Below are positions 26,341 through 32,000 of a stretch of 32,000 nucleotides of DNA, one piece after another. Both the position numbers and the translations under genes were made by a program. The notes beneath the pieces were generated by a model that was not told the DNA's origin, ran no database searches, and worked only from the letters and a program-made list of their open reading frames with translations. Every line of letters begins with the position of its first letter. The first letter of the stretch is position 1. The stretch is from positions 3,060,001 through 3,092,000 of the forward strand of contig NZ_CP042905.2 of assembly GCF_008000775.2 (NCBI RefSeq), in the 5' to 3' direction. The stretch comes from Promethearchaeum syntrophicum (GTDB lineage Archaea > Asgardarchaeota > Lokiarchaeia > Sigyniarchaeales > Promethearchaeaceae).

Positions 26341-27582
26341 TCATGCCTCTTCCCAATCTTTTTTAATTTTTTTTATTTGATAAGGATTCTCTTCAATCTT
26401 TTCTTGAGGATTAACTAAAATTCGATGCGAAGGATTCAAAATATCTTCAATTGATGTTTGATTATATATATTATTCGCTAATTCCATTAATCCTTCAATG
26501 CCAAGTGGAGGGTGATCTAAAAGGTTTGATTCCCAAATTTTTAATTCAGAAAACTCATGATGGATCAAATTTTGATATTTTTCTTGATACCCATACAAAT
26601 TATCCAAATATTTTGAACGTCCTCGTTCATCTTCAGGAATTAACCGGTTGATGTGCAAACCGTCTATCGAAATAAAGGGTTCAGACATTTTTTTAGCGCG
26701 TTTGACCTCTTCAAATGAGGGTTTTTCTGCAATTGAGACAAGACGGAGTGAACCAATACCTTTTATGATAGAAGAAATTCTACTCGATCGTCTCTCCATA
26801 TCATGCAGAATATCAAGGATATCTTGAGCCAAATTTTTTTGCTCTTCCTTTTCTAGCTTATAATCATCATTTCTCTCATCATTCACTAATCCTTTAGCAA
26901 TCCATGCAGCGGGTTTTGCCCATTTAGTTAATTTTTTAATTTTATTAAACGAATTTTGGACTGTAGAAAGAACGCGTAATGTAAATTTCATTGATCTTTG
27001 CGCATTGTCTTGAGGCACTTCAAATAAAGCAATCATATTACCTGTTGGAGGAAAATCACAAACCAGAATATCAAAAGCAGGAATTTTTTTTCGTAAATCT
27101 AATGGTGTCGAATCATTTTGATTAATTCCTTTATATTTCATTTGTTTTTCGCCGATATCCGCCATAGGATTTTCTGCATCAATAATACTCTGGAAAAAAA
27201 GAGAATTTTTCATCGCTAACGGAATATTTTTACTTTGGAGAGATTCCGTAATAATTGTTTCGAGATCCGTGATCATTGATATTATTTTTGATGATTTTAT
27301 CAAAATACGCGCTTTTTTTGAAAGTTCTCCTGTATATCGTTCAGCATATTTATCAGGATCAGGTTCAATAGCAAATAAATTATTGGTGATTTGAGTAACA
27401 TCATTTCCAATTTTTTTATCAAAAAGATCGGATAGATTGTGAGCAATATCAAAAGAAATAAGCAAAATTTTTTTATCTGTTAGCTGATTTGCTAAAAAAA
27501 CTGCTGTAGCTGCGGATATTGAAGATTTTCCAACACCACCCTTACCACCAAAAACAAGAAGATTCTCCATATTATTTCCCAT
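26341..27582 (-). CDS. ArsA/Get3-like P-loop ATPase
   Basis: 413 aa; deviant Walker A 'VFGGKGGVGKSSISAATAVFLA', 'ILLISFDIAHNLSDLF', 'ILVCDFPPTGNMIALFEVP'. Confidence 0.8.
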   Translation of the reverse strand: MGNNMENLLVFGGKGGVGKSSISAATAVFLANQLTDKKILLISFDIAHNLSDLFDKKIGNDVTQITNNLFAIEPDPDKYAERYTGELSKKARILIKSSKIISMITDLETIITESLQSKNIPLAMKNSLFFQSIIDAENPMADIGEKQMKYKGINQNDSTPLDLRKKIPAFDILVCDFPPTGNMIALFEVPQDNAQRSMKFTLRVLSTVQNSFNKIKKLTKWAKPAAWIAKGLVNDERNDDYKLEKEEQKNLAQDILDILHDMERRSSRISSIIKGIGSLRLVSIAEKPSFEEVKRAKKMSEPFISIDGLHINRLIPEDERGRSKYLDNLYGYQEKYQNLIHHEFSELKIWESNLLDHPPLGIEGLMELANNIYNQTSIEDILNPSHRILVNPQEKIEENPYQIKKIKKDWEEA

Positions 27583-27784
27583 TTTAATATATTTAATATT
27601 AAATGAAAATAAACAATAAATTTTTCTCGAGAAATTTAAACTAATAATTGCGTCAGATGAAGAATTTAAGTAATATTTAGGAATATTAAGAAAAATTTAA
27701 TTCAATTTTATGGGAATATAGACAACTTAAAGTTCACAAAATTTAAATATTAGTTTTGATATATCATATTTGGAGGTAAAAAAA

Positions 27785-30367
27785 ATGGAACTTAACAGAT
27801 TTACAATAAAATTACAAGAAGCCATGTTAAAAGCAAAAAATAAAGCTCAAAAGCAGAAAAATCAACAAATTGAGATCGAACATCTCATTTTCGCTTTTCT
27901 CTCTGATCCAGAAAATATTGCGAATTTAATTTTTCAAAAAACTGGAGCAAATTCCAATCAAATTCAAAACGAAATCGAAAATGAAATAAAAAGATATCCA
28001 CAAGTCACCGGAAATACCAGTGAAGTTTACCTTTCTAAATCATTGAACAATACAATTAATGAAGCCATGTCGGTAATGGAAGATATGAAAGATCAATATT
28101 TAAGTGCTGAACATGTCATCCTTACAATTTCAAAAGATAACAGTACTAACGTTTCAGGAATTTTCCTTAAACATGGATTAACCTATGAGAGGATATTGCA
28201 AGCAATTTCAGAATTTCGTGGAAATATTAGTATTGATAATCCAAATCCAGAAACCCAATACCAACCTTTAGAAAAATACACGAAAAATTTGATAGATATG
28301 GCTCGACAACGGAAATTAGATCCTGTTATTGGAAGGGATGATGAAATCCGTAGAGTGATTACAATTTTATCGCGTCGAACTAAAAACAACCCAGTATTAA
28401 TCGGAGATGCAGGTGTAGGAAAAACAGCGATCATTGAAGGAATTGCTCAAAGAATTTATAAAGGGGATGTTCCCGAATCCTTAAAAGATAAAATTGTCTT
28501 AAGTCTTGATCTAGGTGCACTTATCGCGGGAGCAAAATATCGTGGTGAATTTGAAGAACGCTTGAAAAGTGTTCTTAAGGAAATTACAAAAGGTGAGGGA
28601 AAATACATTCTTTTTATTGACGAATTACACACACTCGTTGGAGCAGGAGCTGCAGAAGGCGCTATGGATGCAAGTAATATGTTAAAACCCGCTTTAGCAC
28701 GTGGAGAACTAAGAAGTATAGGAGCAACAACTATCAAAGAATACCGTAAATATATTGAAAAAGATACCGCTCTAACCAGAAGATTCCAACCAGTGATGGT
28801 TTCAGAACCAACAGTTGAACAAACAATAACCATATTGAGAGGATTGAAAGAAAAATATGAGGTTCATCATGGGATCCACATAAAGGATAGTGCATTAATA
28901 GCGGCGGCAACTCTTTCTTCGCGATATATAACAGATCGATTTCTTCCTGATAAAGCAATTGATCTTATAGATGAAGCGAGTTCCCGATTAAGAATAGAAT
29001 TAGATTCAATTCCTCTTGAAATGGATGAAATTCATAGAAAAATTATACAACTTCAAATAGAAGAACAAGCTTTAAAAAGAGAAAATGAAAATGAACACAA
29101 TAATCAACTGAATATATGTCAGGATGAGATAATAAGGCAACAAAAAGAGTATGAAACCTTAAAGGAGCAATGGGAAAAAGAAAAGAATGTAATCACGACA
29201 ATTTCTAAAATCAATGAACAAATTGGACAAACAAAGAATGATGAGGAAAAAGCTACAAGAGAAGGTGATTTAGGGAAAGCGGCTGAGCTCAGATATGGCA
29301 AAAGATTAAATTTACAAAAAGAGAGAGAAAGACTTCAAAAAAAATTAAAAGAATTGACAAAAAATAAGAAAATGCTACGTCAGGAAGTGTCTGAAGAAAA
29401 TATTGCTCAAATAGTTGCTCAATGGACATCTATCCCAGTAACTCGTTTATTGGAAGGGGAAAAAGAGAAAATATTGGAAATGGAAGATCGAATGCGAGAG
29501 AGAGTAATTGGCCAAGACCAAGCTTTAAATCTAGTTTCCAATGCCATAAGACGAGCCCGTTCCGGAATTCAAGATCCTGATAGACCAATTGGTTCATTTA
29601 TTTTTCTAGGACCTACAGGGGTTGGAAAGACAGAAACTGCCAAAGCACTGGCAGAATTTTTATTTGATTCAGAAGATGCACTTATAAGGATAGATATGTC
29701 AGAATATATGGAAAAACATAGCGTAGCACGTTTAATAGGAGCGCCACCTGGTTATATTGGTTATGACGAAGGTGGTCAATTAACAGAAGCCGTAAGACGA
29801 GCTCCTTACTCGGTTATTTTATTTGATGAGATTGAAAAAGCACATCATGATGTATTCAATATATTATTACAAGTGTTAGACGATGGACGTTTAACCGATG
29901 GGAAAGGCCGAACTATAGATTTTAGGAATACCATCCTTGTAATGACAAGCAATATTGGTGGATCTATGATTGCCGAACATAAAAGAAATTTGAATGAAGA
30001 ACTAATAACACAAATTAAGAAAATGCTAAAAAGCTACTTTCTGCCTGAATTTCTCAATAGGGTAGATGATATTGTTATTTTCAATTTCCTTTCAAAAGAG
30101 AATATTGAGAAAATAGTTGATGTTCAAATTCGGGAATTAAATCATATTCTTGCGACCAGAAAAGTAAAGATCAATTTATCCAAGAGTGCTCGAGAAAAAT
30201 TAGCAGATATTGGTTTTGATCCAGAAAACGGCGCAAGACCTTTAAAACGAGCGATTCAAAGGAATATTCAAGATAGATTAGCCACATCTTTACTAATGGG
30301 AGAAATCCAACAAGATCAAACTCTAATGATTGACATTGACAATTCGGGGAAATTCATTTTCAAATAA
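27785..30367 (+). CDS. clpB: ATP-dependent chaperone ClpB
   Basis: Two AAA+ modules: '[19 protein letters not shown]' and '[21 protein letters not shown]', coiled-coil middle region, '[35 protein letters not shown]'-type motif. Track start 27770 is a TTG lying inside/next to the GGAGG; ATG at 27785 preceded by TTGGAGG is preferred. Confidence 0.92.
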   Translation: MELNRFTIKLQEAMLKAKNKAQKQKNQQIEIEHLIFAFLSDPENIANLIFQKTGANSNQIQNEIENEIKRYPQVTGNTSEVYLSKSLNNTINEAMSVMEDMKDQYLSAEHVILTISKDNSTNVSGIFLKHGLTYERILQAISEFRGNISIDNPNPETQYQPLEKYTKNLIDMARQRKLDPVIGRDDEIRRVITILSRRTKNNPVLIGDAGVGKTAIIEGIAQRIYKGDVPESLKDKIVLSLDLGALIAGAKYRGEFEERLKSVLKEITKGEGKYILFIDELHTLVGAGAAEGAMDASNMLKPALARGELRSIGATTIKEYRKYIEKDTALTRRFQPVMVSEPTVEQTITILRGLKEKYEVHHGIHIKDSALIAAATLSSRYITDRFLPDKAIDLIDEASSRLRIELDSIPLEMDEIHRKIIQLQIEEQALKRENENEHNNQLNICQDEIIRQQKEYETLKEQWEKEKNVITTISKINEQIGQTKNDEEKATREGDLGKAAELRYGKRLNLQKERERLQKKLKELTKNKKMLRQEVSEENIAQIVAQWTSIPVTRLLEGEKEKILEMEDRMRERVIGQDQALNLVSNAIRRARSGIQDPDRPIGSFIFLGPTGVGKTETAKALAEFLFDSEDALIRIDMSEYMEKHSVARLIGAPPGYIGYDEGGQLTEAVRRAPYSVILFDEIEKAHHDVFNILLQVLDDGRLTDGKGRTIDFRNTILVMTSNIGGSMIAEHKRNLNEELITQIKKMLKSYFLPEFLNRVDDIVIFNFLSKENIEKIVDVQIRELNHILATRKVKINLSKSAREKLADIGFDPENGARPLKRAIQRNIQDRLATSLLMGEIQQDQTLMIDIDNSGKFIFK

Positions 30368-30408
30368 AATTATTTTTTATTTCTGATTTTTTTACTTCTT
30401 GATAAATA

Positions 30409-30783
30409 TTAAATTTCAAGAGAATCAATGATAGAAATTAGGGGGTTTAGGATAAATTTAACTCGCTCTTTAATTTGAGCGGATATATTTTTGAGAGTCT
30501 CCTTTCCTGCTTGGGTGATTTGATATTTTCTCTGCTTTCGTCCAGTCGAGGATTGTTCCGATGAAACTAAACCCATATTTTCCAGTCTTCGTAATTCTGA
30601 ATAAAGAGTACCTGATTTAAACCTAATGCGATTATTCATAATTTTTGGGACTAAATTCATCAATTCATAGCCGGTAATATTTGGAGTTTTGCAAATTAAG
30701 GCAAGAAATATAGCTCTTGTTAAGGGGACAGGATCGTGACTTTTCAATGTATCATTTTTTTTATTAGAAGTCTCGTTTTCCAT
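30409..30783 (-). CDS. PadR-family transcriptional regulator (winged helix)
   Basis: 124 aa; 'RAIFLALICKTPNITGYELMNLV...IRFKSGTLYSELRRLENMGLVSSEQSSTGRKQRKYQITQAGKETL'. Confidence 0.88.
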   Translation of the reverse strand: MENETSNKKNDTLKSHDPVPLTRAIFLALICKTPNITGYELMNLVPKIMNNRIRFKSGTLYSELRRLENMGLVSSEQSSTGRKQRKYQITQAGKETLKNISAQIKERVKFILNPLISIIDSLEI

Positions 30784-30832
30784 TTTTTCCCCTTCAATAA
30801 TTTAAATTGTAATTAAAATAAAAAAAAATGCC

Positions 30833-31321
30833 TTAAACTGTAGGCATAAAACTGATATATGCACTCAAAAATAAAACTGCAATACCAACAAGTATATTGA
30901 TGATTAATATGATCATATTAAGTTTTTCTTTTACTGGAGGTGTAAGTTTATCCAATTTATCAATGATTAAACTTCGAAAAATGCTTAGAAGAATCATTAA
31001 GATATATAATATGTGCTTAATGCTCAATATTGTTGTATAAGGATTTCCAAATGTAAGAAATCCTGTTGATTGTCCTGATTGTTTGGCCATCAATAATCCA
31101 GTTAGAATCAAACCGACCATGCTTACATAGACAAATATACTCATTCTTTTCTTGATTGTTGAAATTGAAAGTTTGGTTTCTTTTGATTTGCCGAAAACCT
31201 TCATAATTGAAGGAAATACAGCAAATGCTAGCGTTAACATCCCTCCTATCCATAGAGCAGTAAATAGATTATGGAGGGTCGTAATAATTATTGGAACGAA
31301 TGGAGCTGCCATAGTAGTCAC
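30833..31321 (-). CDS. Four-TM CopD-like integral membrane protein, GTG start
   Basis: 162 aa; 'LHNLFTALWIGGMLTLAFAVFPSI', 'MVGLILTGLLM', 'ILSIKHILYILMILLSIFRSL'; first codon at 31319-31321 reads GTG on the minus strand. Confidence 0.6.
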   Translation of the reverse strand: MTTMAAPFVPIIITTLHNLFTALWIGGMLTLAFAVFPSIMKVFGKSKETKLSISTIKKRMSIFVYVSMVGLILTGLLMAKQSGQSTGFLTFGNPYTTILSIKHILYILMILLSIFRSLIIDKLDKLTPPVKEKLNMIILIINILVGIAVLFLSAYISFMPTV

Positions 31322-31500
31322 CTAAATTTTTAATTTTTTAATATGTAGTCAATTGATATGTAGCCAATAAATATATTGACGAATCACATATAAATTTTTT
31401 GATGTATAGTTATTCAAAACCTATAATATTTAAAGCAAAACCTTTTTTGGTTGAATTTCTTTAATAATAGTAGAAGGTTTAGAAAATCTAAGCCTTGAAT

Positions 31501-31589
31501 TAACTTAAGTTATAGCAACAAATGAATTAATTGAAACGAAAACAATAAATAAGCAACGTTTCATATATGAAATACGATATAACGTTATA
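31501..31589. promoter_or_regulatory. Cluster of three short perfect palindromes in non-coding AT-rich DNA upstream of the CopD-like gene
   Basis: TAACTTAAGTTA (31501-31512), TTTCATATATGAAA (31559-31572), TATAACGTTATA (31578-31589). Confidence 0.4.
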
Positions 31590-32000
31590 ATGTGTAACAA
31601 AATCATCAATTGTCAATTATTAATTAAAAATAAAAATGTTATTTAAGAAAATAATCGATTAATTACGGAAGAAATTACAAAAATAATTCAAAACAAAAAA
31701 AATTGCTAAAAAGCAATAATATTCAATTAAAAGAATGTAAAATCACGAAACTTTACAACTACAGGGGCAAGACCTCAAAATAATTATTAAGGTTTAATAA
31801 AAGAAAAATTCTTCAAATATAACAAAACAAATGAAATTATTACGAAAAATCACGATAATTTAACCCAATGCATAAAATCTTTGAGCAAAGCTCAATTTAA
31901 TAGAGCTATGTTTAAAAATAAGCATACAATTGCAAATATTAAATGGAAAAATTAAGAATATAAAAACAATCTGAAAAATTGTAAAATTATTTCATTTAGA

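Noticed and set aside
28456-28958. 125-aa and 74-aa alternative ORFs
   Set aside because: Both embedded in clpB, whose AAA+ motifs are intact through the region.
30827-30846. Short inverted repeat ATGCCT...AGGCAT at the 3' end of the CopD-like gene
   Set aside because: Only 6-bp arms, overlaps coding sequence and stop codon; too weak to call a terminator.
1-32000. tRNA/rRNA genes and transposase or integrase genes
   Set aside because: Looked for cloverleaf-like segments with TTCGA-type T-loops in the intergenic gaps and for transposase/recombinase motifs in the ORF track; none found. A tRNAscan-SE and ISfinder run would be decisive.

Overview
This 32 kb, AT-rich window is archaeal. Evidence is an aEF-2-family GTPase, an archaeal-type (class I) CCA-adding enzyme, and an arcS/raSEA archaeosine pair. 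A gelsolin-like N-terminus, an EF-2 with an altered diphthamide loop and several bacterial-like lipid genes make an Asgard-type lineage plausible, but that is inference. Most genes look like housekeeping or metabolism: beta-lactamase-fold serine hydrolase (partial), DUF1295 membrane protein, HtrB/LpxL-like acyltransferase, acyl-CoA synthetase, patatin-like phospholipase, transketolase-like enzyme, YkgJ-type Fe/S or Zn protein, CysS, CCA transferase, EF-2, duplicated metallophosphoesterase, PAS protein, RaSEA, ArcS, ArsA/Get3-like ATPase, ClpB, PadR regulator and a CopD-like membrane protein. Items most worth a second look: a standalone SIR2-like + TPR protein (possible NAD-consuming immune effector); an EF-2 with a non-canonical domain IV tip and altered 'DTPGHLSF' motif; an acyl-lipid cluster whose HtrB-like protein lacks the usual catalytic acid; a metallophosphoesterase with a degenerate second domain; a gelsolin-like protein next to cca; and a zinc-finger protein with a long 24-bp-period PVEEE repeat. 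No CRISPR array, tRNA, rRNA or complete mobile element was recognised. I do not see a convincing multi-gene novel defence system.
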